Positions 8,689 through 16,886 of a stretch of 29,045 nt of DNA are shown here, in pieces. Every line of letters begins with the position of its first letter. Position 1 is the first letter of the stretch. Location: positions 1 through 29,045 of the IMG/VR virus record IMGVR_UViG_3300025018_000442, one strand, 5' to 3'. Under the pieces are notes generated by a model that had not been told where the DNA came from, ran no database searches, and saw nothing but the letters and a program-made list of their open reading frames with translations. Both the position numbers and the translations under genes were made by a program. The stretch comes from a virus (taxonomy: Duplodnaviria > Caudoviricetes).

Positions 8689-10538
8689 CGGGCACCTCCT
8701 GCGGCCGCAAAGGGCAGCAATTGGCCGCCGGGCTGCGCCTGCTGCTGCTGCCGTTGCTCGGCCTGCTGTTTGATCAGCTGCTGCTTTTCTTTCCACCAGG
8801 CCGTGGCGCTCTTGTTGTCGAGCTGTTTCCACAGGGCCAGCCGTGCGTTCAGGTAGCCCACCAGGCCCTGCTGGGCAATCGGGTCAACCGGGGCCCCGCT
8901 CTGGCTCAGCTGCTGCAATTTGGCAAACACCACCTCGGCCCGCACCTGGTGGTTTTGCTGCGGCTCAGGTTTGATGGGCATGCCCTCCATGAGCGCAGGT
9001 ATTTTGATCATCTCGTCCTGCTGCTCGCTATTGGCCTGTTGCTGCGGATCCCGCACCAGCCGTTTTACCCAACGCGGGTTAAGGGTTTCGGTGTAGACCT
9101 TGCGCAACTCGAGCTGGTCATAGTAGCCATCATTTTTGGCGTGCGTGAACAGTGCCTGCGCCTTTTGCATTTCCAGCTGCTTGTTCCAGCTCTCGGCACT
9201 GCCCCCCACGGTCACCTGGTATTTGTCGTGCAGCGCGGCGCGCGGCATGCTGGCCGGGGCCTGCTCATAAAGGTAGTCGAGCGAGTGGCCGCGATACTGC
9301 ACGGCCAAACTCCAGTCCATGGCCAGCAGGCGCTGCAGGCTCAGCCGGAAAACATGGGCGCGCAGTTCCGTGGTGATTCCGCCCAGGCTGGCCAGTTGGT
9401 CAATCTCCGTCGCCGTGCGGGGGTCTTTGCCCGTGTTGCTGCCGCCGATCCCAAAGTCCGGCATGCCCACCCGCTGTTCGGCTATGCCCCGCACGCTCGC
9501 CATTTCCTGGTCAAGGGCCAGCGGCGGCTGCCCAAAGTCCACGCGGCGGATGCCCTTCGGCATGAATTCACCCGGCGAAAAGTGGATGTTCTTGCCCTCG
9601 GCCGCGGCGTCGTCGCTGGTCAAAAGCGGCGTGGCGAAAAAGTCCAGCGCCTCGCCTTTCTTGTTCCACAGTTTGCACAGGTATTTTTCGAACTGCGCCA
9701 CCTTCTCCACCTCGCCGCGCGATGCGTAAAAACCCTTTTCCTTTAGCTCGCGGGGGAAGTCCACAAACGGGGCCATGCCGTGGGCAAACGGGTTCTTCAG
9801 CGGCGGCATGATCACCAGTTCCTTGTCGATCGGGCTCAGGGTTTTCAGCACCCACTTGCCCTGGTGCCCCTCCCACACGTTCCAGACCACTATGCGGTCC
9901 TTGTCCGCGGTGCCGTTCAAGCCTTCGCGCAGCTCGCGCTCGCGCGTCTTGGTCAGGGTGTCCGGGCCCCGGCCGCAGATTTTTTTGATGAAACTTTCAT
10001 CCTGATTGTAGGCCTTGCGCTGCGCGTATTGGTCGCGGGTCAGGCATTCCACGTGCACCATGCGGCCGGCTTCCTGCAGGTCGCTGGTTTCCGGCGGCAC
10101 GATAAAGTGCAGCGGGTCGATCGCATCGTGCTGGATGCGGTTGCGCTGCGCGTTCCAGTAGGGCCGGCAGATCCCCACGCCCCCCAAAAGCAGCGCGTCG
10201 ATCACATAGAGGATTTCACTCAGCAGATTGGTTTTTGACTTCAGCTCGTGGTCAAACCACCGCTCGGCGTGACGGGCATATTCCTCCATCTGCGGCCGCT
10301 GCGGGGTCAGGTCGCTCAACAGCTCGCTGGCAAAAAGCTGGCGATAGTAAAACGGCTTCAGCTTGTCCAGGATCGTGTCGGCCAGCGGGAAATGCAGGTC
10401 CGGCGCGCCCGCATACGGCTTGCGGGCCCGCTTGATGCCCTGGTGCCGCATCTTATACCACACCGCGTGCCGGTCCTCCCACGTCTTGCGGGCCTTCAGG
10501 TCATCGTGCACCAAATCGTGTAAAGTCGTTTCAGCCAT
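8685..10538 (-). CDS. Portal protein
   Basis: 617 aa after TerL; RTATEI motif, Gln-rich C-terminal tail, size typical of P22/N4-like portals. Confidence 0.85.
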   Translation of the reverse strand: MAETTLHDLVHDDLKARKTWEDRHAVWYKMRHQGIKRARKPYAGAPDLHFPLADTILDKLKPFYYRQLFASELLSDLTPQRPQMEEYARHAERWFDHELKSKTNLLSEILYVIDALLLGGVGICRPYWNAQRNRIQHDAIDPLHFIVPPETSDLQEAGRMVHVECLTRDQYAQRKAYNQDESFIKKICGRGPDTLTKTRERELREGLNGTADKDRIVVWNVWEGHQGKWVLKTLSPIDKELVIMPPLKNPFAHGMAPFVDFPRELKEKGFYASRGEVEKVAQFEKYLCKLWNKKGEALDFFATPLLTSDDAAAEGKNIHFSPGEFMPKGIRRVDFGQPPLALDQEMASVRGIAEQRVGMPDFGIGGSNTGKDPRTATEIDQLASLGGITTELRAHVFRLSLQRLLAMDWSLAVQYRGHSLDYLYEQAPASMPRAALHDKYQVTVGGSAESWNKQLEMQKAQALFTHAKNDGYYDQLELRKVYTETLNPRWVKRLVRDPQQQANSEQQDEMIKIPALMEGMPIKPEPQQNHQVRAEVVFAKLQQLSQSGAPVDPIAQQGLVGYLNARLALWKQLDNKSATAWWKEKQQLIKQQAEQRQQQQAQPGGQLLPFAAAGGAR

Positions 10539-10547
10539 GGCTCGGGG

Positions 10548-11978
10548 TTAAAAGGCTCCTGCGTCCATGCCGGCCATCTGCTCGGCTTCCTCCAGTTCCC
10601 GCACCTGTTCGTAGCGGCTGGGCAGCACGCCATGGTGTTGGTTCTCCAGATAGTTTTTGCTCGTGAGCACCGGATAATCAAACGCCACGCCCACCACCGC
10701 GTCCGCGTGGTTGGGGCTCGGCTGCCCGCTGCGGCGCTTGGGCTGCAGCTGCAGTTTGCCATCCTCCCGGCCAAACTGTTTCACCCCGGCCACCAGCACA
10801 AAGTTTTGCTCCCGCGTGCAGGCCTGCCGTTTCAGCGTCTCATCGTGCGGCAGGATCCATGCGCACTGGCCCACCTGCTTGGCAAAGGTCCACCACTGTT
10901 GGGCCACCAGATTGAAATAGTGCGTATCCGTGGCCGGCGCATTGTTGCGCACACCCTCGATGTGGATGCCCCGCAAGTTCAGCGTGGTGATATACCCGTG
11001 CCCCGTGCCGTCCTCGTCGCCCTTCAGGATGTAGCCCTGTTCCTGCAGTGGGCGCAGTGTGCGCTCGAACCGCTCGGCCACGGCCGCCTTGTTGCCGTCC
11101 GGCTTCCACTCGTCGGCAATCTCGATCTTGTTGCCGTCGCGCTTGGCGACAATGCAAAGGTCGCCGCTGTCGGCAAAGTCGCAGAACACCTGCCGCATGC
11201 CGGTCAGCCAGCGCGGCGGGTTGGCCAGGCAACGCTCGTAGTCGTCAAAGGCCACGATTTTACCCTCTTCCTTGCCCTTGGCAAACTGCCCCAGGATCAT
11301 GGAGCGGTAAATGTCGGAGTCCTCCCCGTATTGCTCGCGCATGGCCGCGATGCGCTCGGGGGTGATGTGCGGGCAGTCATCAATCCCGATCTCGTGCTTG
11401 GCAAAGCGCGTGTTCTTGAACGCGTCGTGAAACCGCCCAAAGTGGCCGCCGGGGCTGCTGATATACAGCAGCATGGTCGGGTTGCAGCGGTCGGCCGCCA
11501 CAAAAATGTCGTCCGCGATTGACTTGGCCTCGTCCAGTATGATCAGCAGGTGCCGGCCTTCGGCCAGGGCCGCGTGGAACCCCTCGAACTTGGCCCCGCT
11601 GTCCGTCGCAAAGCCCAGTATGCGTCCGCCATGGCCGTCCTCGATTTCCGTGTCCTTGAAAGTCCAGTGGCCAAACTTTTCCTTGTCCTGCTCCAGCCCG
11701 GCAAATATCTGCGTGCGCACCGCCCGGAACGTCGCGCTGGTCAATACCACTGTGCTGCCGGGGAATTCGTGCAGGCACCATTCGGCCAGGGTCGCAATGA
11801 TTATGCTGGTCTTGCCGGCCTCGTTCGGGGTCACGGCGGCCGTGGGCCGGCCGCTGGCCACGTCGGCCATGACAAACGCCTGCCACTTGTAGAGCCGTTT
11901 TTTGCGCACTACCACGCCAAACTGGATGGGCGACAATCGCGCCTTGGCCTGCGGTATAGTGGCCGTGGTCGCTTCCAT
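10548..11978 (-). CDS. terL: Terminase large subunit
   Basis: Walker A TPNEAGKT, Walker B LIILDEA, coupling motif ISSP, RNase H-like CDFADSGD and SPNHADA. Confidence 0.92.
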   Translation of the reverse strand: MEATTATIPQAKARLSPIQFGVVVRKKRLYKWQAFVMADVASGRPTAAVTPNEAGKTSIIIATLAEWCLHEFPGSTVVLTSATFRAVRTQIFAGLEQDKEKFGHWTFKDTEIEDGHGGRILGFATDSGAKFEGFHAALAEGRHLLIILDEAKSIADDIFVAADRCNPTMLLYISSPGGHFGRFHDAFKNTRFAKHEIGIDDCPHITPERIAAMREQYGEDSDIYRSMILGQFAKGKEEGKIVAFDDYERCLANPPRWLTGMRQVFCDFADSGDLCIVAKRDGNKIEIADEWKPDGNKAAVAERFERTLRPLQEQGYILKGDEDGTGHGYITTLNLRGIHIEGVRNNAPATDTHYFNLVAQQWWTFAKQVGQCAWILPHDETLKRQACTREQNFVLVAGVKQFGREDGKLQLQPKRRSGQPSPNHADAVVGVAFDYPVLTSKNYLENQHHGVLPSRYEQVRELEEAEQMAGMDAGAF

Positions 11979-12635
11979 TTAGTTGCGGCCTCCCACCATG
12001 TCGGGCATGACGACCGGCACCCCCTGCCGGGCCAAATCCATCAGGTGTTCGCGGTCCTCGTCGGTCACCACGCTGAATTTCAATTCCCCCTCGATCTTGA
12101 TTTTCAGTTTGCCCAGCAGCGCAGCCAGCAGGGTCCCCTCGGCCCGGGCCTGGCTCGCGTAAAGCTTTTCGTCGCGCTGGGCCCGGTCGCGCTTTTGCTC
12201 GTATTCAATCCGGTCTTTGGCGTTCTTGCCGTTCTCGTTTTTGAATCCCGAAACGATAAAGGTTTCCGCATCCTTCACCGTTTGCGCTGCCTCCATCACC
12301 TTGGCATGGAAAATCACATAGCGTTCATACGTCGTGCGCACAATCTGCGCGGCGTCGTTGGCCACCTTCTCCGTGCACCGCCGGTAGAACGCAAAAACCT
12401 TCGGTTTTCTCAAGGTTTCCGAGGCGATTTGCCCCGCGCTCTGCTCGGAATATCCCGCTTCCACGGCAGCGCGGGCGCATTGCCCGTGCTCCAGCATGCG
12501 CATCACAAACACCATTTCCCGGCGCGTGAGTTCTGCCACTCCCTCCGGCAGTTCCTTTATCCCGCAGGCGGCAAAACTACGCTCGATCTCCGGTAGCGTT
12601 AACTGCAGCGGGCAAGGGTTCTCGGTTTGACTCAC
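11979..12635 (-). CDS. terS: Terminase small subunit
   Basis: LTRREMVF..ARAAVEAGYS..A..IASETLRKPKV is the classic TerS HTH motif; abuts terL. Confidence 0.85.
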   Translation of the reverse strand: MSQTENPCPLQLTLPEIERSFAACGIKELPEGVAELTRREMVFVMRMLEHGQCARAAVEAGYSEQSAGQIASETLRKPKVFAFYRRCTEKVANDAAQIVRTTYERYVIFHAKVMEAAQTVKDAETFIVSGFKNENGKNAKDRIEYEQKRDRAQRDEKLYASQARAEGTLLAALLGKLKIKIEGELKFSVVTDEDREHLMDLARQGVPVVMPDMVGGRN

Positions 12636-12744
12636 GAGAACTACCGTGGGCCCGGCCAGCCTGTCGGCTCAATCGTGCCACTGTTCCCGTTTGCTCTCGT
12701 TTTAACTCGCGCTGTCTGTTGCGTCCCTTCGGTCAGAAAAGAGG

Positions 12745-12800
12745 GCCGAACTTGCGCTAAAGCCGACACCTGCAGCGCGGCTTAGCTCTGGCTGTTAGGC
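12745..12800 (+). mobile_element. Integron-type attC site 1
   Basis: GCCGAAC-TTGC-GCTAAAGCCGAC...GCGGCTTAGC-TCTGGCT-GTTAGGC: R''/L''/L'/R' boxes, extra base on the left arm, 56 bp. Closely resembles canonical aadA-type attC architecture. Confidence 0.8.
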
Positions 12801-13132
12801 TCCCGCGCTCGCAGCGTTGGCAGAACTAAGTCACGCATCATCTGCCGTGCTTCGACGTAAGAGAGCAGGTTCGTGCCCACTCGATTCGGCCCTTGCCTCG
12901 TGGCGCATAGATCAGAGCACACGCTATCAGGTAGCGGCCATCGTAGAAATTTCTCTGCCAGTTCATCGGCAAGTTTATCCATTGCGTCCGGCTTTAGTGG
13001 CACATCCAGTCGGAAGCTGCGCGGGGCTCCCGGCGTTGGTCCTTTGTCGCCGCAGTTCGCGCAGAATGTCGGGTCTTGTTCGCTGGCCTTGAATTTCTTG
13101 CAGGCCCAAGTTTTGTGTTTTTGCTTTTTCAT
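12782..13132 (-). CDS. Cassette A gene, hypothetical (N-terminal Cys cluster; C-terminal FLRWPLP..GTNLL domain)
   Basis: 116 aa; the last codons PNSQS* are read from attC1. Confidence 0.7.
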   Translation of the reverse strand: MKKQKHKTWACKKFKASEQDPTFCANCGDKGPTPGAPRSFRLDVPLKPDAMDKLADELAEKFLRWPLPDSVCSDLCATRQGPNRVGTNLLSYVEARQMMRDLVLPTLRAREPNSQS

Positions 13133-13141
13133 AAATTCAGA

Positions 13142-13198
13142 GCCTAACCAGTCGGTCCATGGGACGCGCTTTGCGCGTCCCTGACCTTAGTGTTAGCC
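13142..13198 (+). mobile_element. Integron-type attC site 2
   Basis: GCCTAAC-CAGTC-GGTCCATGGGACGCGC-TTT-GCGCGTCCCTGACC-TTAGT-GTTAGCC: 5-nt spacers, two unpaired bases (C, T) on the left arm, 57 bp. Confidence 0.9.
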
Positions 13199-13465
13199 CT
13201 ACCGCTGGCGCACATATAAGGTGAAGTTCCGAGGCGTTGGATCCGGCGCCCCCTTGTGCTCGTGGAATTCGCGCTCTTGCACGGTCCACTCACCGGGGAG
13301 GTGAGCGTCAATATCTTCCGAATGATAGCGCGGATTTACGATCCGGTCTCCTACCTGTGCGTGCAACAGATCGAGATTGAACGTTTGCCTTGCGTCTCCG
13401 ACGTCCATTCCAAAGTCGTCGACGGGCTGAATCCAAATGTGCAGTGGAAAGTAATCTTGTGGCAT
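13199..13465 (-). CDS. Cassette B gene, hypothetical
   Basis: 88-aa ORF exactly filling the space between core sites; a sampled 60-nt line (13321-13380) is 50% GC, lower than the phage backbone. Confidence 0.7.
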   Translation of the reverse strand: MPQDYFPLHIWIQPVDDFGMDVGDARQTFNLDLLHAQVGDRIVNPRYHSEDIDAHLPGEWTVQEREFHEHKGAPDPTPRNFTLYVRQR

Positions 13466-13474
13466 AAAAAAAGA

Positions 13475-13492
13475 GGCTAATGGTCGTTCGGC
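13475..13492 (+). mobile_element. Collapsed attC remnant (R'' and R' only)
   Basis: GGCTAAT-GGTC-GTTCGGC; the left box complements GTTAGCC (13192) at 6/7 positions and the right box complements GCCGAAC (12745) at 7/7. Confidence 0.6.
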
Positions 13493-13887
13493 GTAAGAAG
13501 GGGCATGACCGAAAGGTCCACTTTGCTGCCGTGGTCAAGGTAGAGATTCCACGCGCGCCGGCCGTGCGGCTTGATTGCGGCGCCGGTGGCGTCGTGCACG
13601 TCCTGCTGGCGTTCGCGCTCGTTGCGCAGGATCTGCTGCACTAGGTCGTCGTTGTCCGGAAACTGCCGGCGCGTAATGCCCTCGTAGTCGAGTGCCCCGA
13701 TGTGCTGCATCAGTGCGTCGCGCAGTTCCTCTGCCGTGACTGCGGCGTCTGTCCATGGGCATGCGATCAGGTCAAGGTCGGTTGTGACCGTGCCGTGGAT
13801 GGCCAAAGCATAGCCGCGGGTGCGTGCGACCTCGCACAGCCCGTGGTAGAGCGTCGCGTAGAAGGGGGCGCGGGTAGGTGGTTTCAT
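13477..13887 (-). CDS. Small nucleotidyltransferase-fold-like phage protein
   Basis: GYALAIHGTVTTDLDLIACPW resembles the hG[S/T]x(n)DxD motif; later VDLSVMP could give a third acidic residue; ATGA overlap with the upstream gene. Confidence 0.55.
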   Translation of the reverse strand: MKPPTRAPFYATLYHGLCEVARTRGYALAIHGTVTTDLDLIACPWTDAAVTAEELRDALMQHIGALDYEGITRRQFPDNDDLVQQILRNERERQQDVHDATGAAIKPHGRRAWNLYLDHGSKVDLSVMPLLTPNDH

Positions 13888-14591
13888 TGTGCTTTTACCG
13901 TCGCATTTTTGATCCATTCGATTCGCACCGCATTGGGCAGCCCCGGCAGGTGCGCTATAAAATCCCCCGGCTGCCACGAATACGGCTCGCGGCCGGTGCC
14001 TCCGTAAAGCGTGTGCGGGTAGGCATTGCACTGGCGCTGGGGTATCAGCTTTACCATTACCGCGCTGCGGTTCAGCCAGCGCTCCAGCCGTTGCAACAGC
14101 GCGGGCGATGGCGGTTCACCGCCTTGTTTCAGCCGGCCTACTTTTTGGGTGTAATCGGCGTAGTTCATGGCCTGCGACAATTCGATGTTCAGCGCGTCCT
14201 GCTCGTTGTTGGTGGGCCGGTCCCGGTGGGCGCATACCTCGCGCAGCAACGTTTCGATGGCCGGGCAGCGGCGCAACAGCATCACATCGCTTTGCAGTCC
14301 GTTGCCGTCTGCGGCCACCACCAGGTCGGCCGCCGGGTCGCACAGTTGCCGGGCGTCAATGGTGTGGTTGGTGATCAGTGCGTCCGTGCCGGTAAACAGC
14401 AGCCACTCGTCCGCGGCCATGCTTTGCAAAGCGGCCAGCCAGCCCTCGGGCCGTTGCCAGCAGGTCACCGGGGCAGTCAGTCCTTGTTCGATCAATTCAA
14501 AGCCCCAGCGCGCGGCATAGGTCCGTTTGCCAGGCAGCGTCAGGTCGGCCAGGGCTTGGTAATCGTTGGAATGCTGGGTCAGCAGTTTCAT
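13884..14591 (-). CDS. Glycosyltransferase, GT34 (MNN10/GMA12)-like
   Basis: YAARWGF, EWLLFTGTDALITN, DGNGLQSDVMLLR, NEQDAL, PQRQCNAY, WQPGDFIAHLPG in the family order. Confidence 0.8.
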   Translation of the reverse strand: MKLLTQHSNDYQALADLTLPGKRTYAARWGFELIEQGLTAPVTCWQRPEGWLAALQSMAADEWLLFTGTDALITNHTIDARQLCDPAADLVVAADGNGLQSDVMLLRRCPAIETLLREVCAHRDRPTNNEQDALNIELSQAMNYADYTQKVGRLKQGGEPPSPALLQRLERWLNRSAVMVKLIPQRQCNAYPHTLYGGTGREPYSWQPGDFIAHLPGLPNAVRIEWIKNATVKAQ

Positions 14592-14800
14592 TTTGTCAGC
14601 CTCCGGGCAAAACGTATCTCGGCGGCGCTCGCGCGCGTGTATTCGGGGTGATCAGCCAGCCATTGGTGCGCCTGGCGCAGGCTGGCCCGGCCGCCGGGCA
14701 TCTGAAAACCAAAGCTTTTCATGTCGTAGACATACGACGGGTGCCGCAGCAGCAGCCCGGCCAAGCCCTTTACGTCGTGCAATTCGTCCAAATCTGTCAT
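14588..14800 (-). CDS. Small HTH-like DNA-binding protein
   Basis: LHDVKGLAGLLLRHPSYVYDMK..GF pattern; coupled overlaps on both sides. Confidence 0.6.
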   Translation of the reverse strand: MTDLDELHDVKGLAGLLLRHPSYVYDMKSFGFQMPGGRASLRQAHQWLADHPEYTRASAAEIRFARRLTK

Positions 14801-15477
14801 GGTTGCATCGCCTCGCGGGTTTCGTTGAGTCCTTGTTTGATCACGTTGCGCCGGCTCATCAGGGTGTCGTAGCGCGTGCGCTTCTCTCCGGTCGGGGCGA
14901 CGTTGTAGGCCACGCCACCGGGGCGCAGCAATTGCTCCAGCTCGTGCTCGATCTCCCCCAGTTCCTCGCGCAGGGCCTTCGCCCGCCGCTCGGGAGATAG
15001 CGTTCGCCGGCAGATTTTCGGGGGCAAAGGCGAAGCATCCGGCCCCCCGCGGTGCGGGGGGTTTGGGGGGATTTCTTTCTTTCTTTCTTTCAGGCGCGGT
15101 TTGGGCGGCGGGTCAGGGTCGGTCAGGTCCAGTTCCGGGTCGTCGTCCGGGGCTGGGTAGAGTGCCTGTTTTTTCGCCATCCTTTGGTCGTATCGCATCA
15201 CTTGGCCATATCCCTGTCCGTCGGAGGTGTAGAGCTTTACGAGGCCGAGGGCGTGGCATCGCGCCAGCATCTCTTTCACGTCTCGCTCGCTTACCTTGTT
15301 CAGGATCGGTGCATATAGTCCCGCTCGCAATATTGCCGGGGTGGCATCAAATCGACCGTAGTCGTCTGCCATCGTTAAAAGTCCGTAGTAAAAATCTCGT
15401 TCGCGCCAGGTGGCCTTCGCAAAGCGTGGGCTGTTGCGTATCGCATGGCGGATCATTCTCCCCGCGCGCTGGCTCAT
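14797..15477 (-). CDS. Phage replication initiator-like protein (N-terminal winged helix)
   Basis: FYYGLLTMADDYGRF..GLVKLY..G..Y N-domain and KERKKEIPPNPP linker typical of phage initiators. Confidence 0.65.
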   Translation of the reverse strand: MSQRAGRMIRHAIRNSPRFAKATWRERDFYYGLLTMADDYGRFDATPAILRAGLYAPILNKVSERDVKEMLARCHALGLVKLYTSDGQGYGQVMRYDQRMAKKQALYPAPDDDPELDLTDPDPPPKPRLKERKKEIPPNPPHRGGPDASPLPPKICRRTLSPERRAKALREELGEIEHELEQLLRPGGVAYNVAPTGEKRTRYDTLMSRRNVIKQGLNETREAMQP

Positions 15478-15794
15478 GCGGCGGCCTCCGGGGCCCCCAG
15501 CATGGCGTCAAACATGGCACCGCTGGGTTTCAGGTGGTAGGTTACTGCGCGGCGGTGGATGCCGATTTTATCGGCAATGCGCTGGCTCGGCCAGTTCATG
15601 GCATCAAGCTGGGCAATCTCGCGCAGCTGATCCTGGGTGATCTTGCGCAGCGGGTGCGGGTGGTGGCCCGGCCGGTGGAAAATTTTGATCAATTGGCGCG
15701 CCTGCCCCATGGCCAGCACGGCCTCGGCGCTGTTGCCCTCCACGATCGCGCGCAGCAGGCGCAGCGCTTCACATTCACCGCGCTGGTGCTTCAT
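15474..15794 (-). CDS. HTH domain protein
   Basis: C-terminal PSQRIADKIGIHRRAVTYHL HTH; start chosen at ATG 15794 (15824 possible). Confidence 0.65.
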   Translation of the reverse strand: MKHQRGECEALRLLRAIVEGNSAEAVLAMGQARQLIKIFHRPGHHPHPLRKITQDQLREIAQLDAMNWPSQRIADKIGIHRRAVTYHLKPSGAMFDAMLGAPEAAA

Positions 15795-15912
15795 GCTCGG
15801 CGGCCTTTCGTCGGGCGTTCCCATGGCTGCAGGTTGCGCACGGGTGGTCGGGGTGCGGTCAGTGGCTCCGGGGGCAAGGCCAGCGCCACGGTCACCAGGT
15901 AGATCAGGCAGG

Positions 15913-16545
15913 TCAGCACGGCGCTTCCTCCCTCGGGTGTTGGTTCACGCGGTCGATCTCGCGGGCCTCGGGCGGGATCCATCCAAGGCCCAGCGCGCGC
16001 AGGATTTCGAGCTCGCTTTCGCCGCGCCACACTTCGCCGTCCAGATATTCCACCGTGGGTTTGGCACTGCCGGCCCCGGCCGGTTTGGTTATGGCGTAGC
16101 GGCCGCCGCGCATCAGCCCCTTGTAGGGGGCAAAGTGGTAGCCCTTTTGCTTGGCCAGTTCGGCCAGCCACACGTTGTGCTCGCGGCTGCCGGTCATGGC
16201 CAAAAGCCGCATGCCAAAGTTGCCGGGTATGTAGCCGGCCAGGTCATTGATCGCCGTCCGTGCCATATACAGGTCCACCTGCACGCCATTGGCCAGCAGC
16301 AGCTGCACAATCTGTGGCCCGCTTTTGATCACGCGGGTGTTGGGGTTGGCCCGCACCCGCGCTTCGATCTCCGGGCGCAGGCCGTCCTTGGGCAGCAGCA
16401 CCAGGTCAATGTCGCTGCAGTGCGGCCGCTGCCGGCGCACACTGCCGGCAATCTCGATCTGCGCACAGTAGCCGGCCAATTCGCTGCGGATCAGTTCCGC
16501 AATTTTTTGCGCCGTGGCCAGTGGGATGGTTTGCCCCTGGCTCAT
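15913..16545 (-). CDS. polX: Minimal family X DNA polymerase (palm + thumb only)
   Basis: AGSVRR..SDIDLV, VQVDLY, MTGSREHN, ELEILRALGLGWIPPEARE; 210 aa from ATG 16545. Confidence 0.88.
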   Translation of the reverse strand: MSQGQTIPLATAQKIAELIRSELAGYCAQIEIAGSVRRQRPHCSDIDLVLLPKDGLRPEIEARVRANPNTRVIKSGPQIVQLLLANGVQVDLYMARTAINDLAGYIPGNFGMRLLAMTGSREHNVWLAELAKQKGYHFAPYKGLMRGGRYAITKPAGAGSAKPTVEYLDGEVWRGESELEILRALGLGWIPPEAREIDRVNQHPREEAPC

Positions 16546-16886
16546 GTTTCCACTTCCTCCAGTGCTTCCGCTGCATTGTGGCGCGGCGGTGCCACCTCGG
16601 CGGCCAGCACGCGCAAAAATCGTATTTCCCCCTTGTGCACCCCGTGTTGTATGTAGGGCCGTGTGGCCAGTTCGTAGTCGATCTTTATCCCCCGGCCGCG
16701 CTGGGCCTCGCGCTCCAGATAGTCGCACACCGTGGGGTCCTCGGCCTCGCAATTCCAAAAACTGGGCTGGCGGTGGCTGTCGCTCGTGGCGATGGTCAGC
16801 AGGATCTTTTTCACCATGCTGCCCGGCACGTAGGCTGGGCTGGCTTCCTTCACCACGCCACCGGTTATCGTGCCATGGTTCATCAA
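16542..16886 (-). CDS. ssb: Single-stranded DNA-binding protein-like (OB fold)
   Basis: MNHGTITG..FWNCEA..GRGIKIDYELATRPY pattern and acidic tail. Confidence 0.6.
   Translation of the reverse strand: MMNHGTITGGVVKEASPAYVPGSMVKKILLTIATSDSHRQPSFWNCEAEDPTVCDYLEREAQRGRGIKIDYELATRPYIQHGVHKGEIRFLRVLAAEVAPPRHNAAEALEEVET

Noticed and set aside
8721-12596. Long plus-strand ORFs antisense to portal and terminase genes (and similar ones elsewhere)
   Set aside because: Shadow frames expected from high GC3 codon usage; no recognisable motifs.
13142-13198. Rho-independent terminator interpretation of the hairpin
   Set aside because: No U tract; the AAC/GTT boxes, 5-nt spacers and bulged bases fit attC much better.
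15791-15919. Small hydrophobic ORF (LTCLIYLVTVALAL...)
   Set aside because: It fits the operon gap and may be real, but it is too short and featureless to support.
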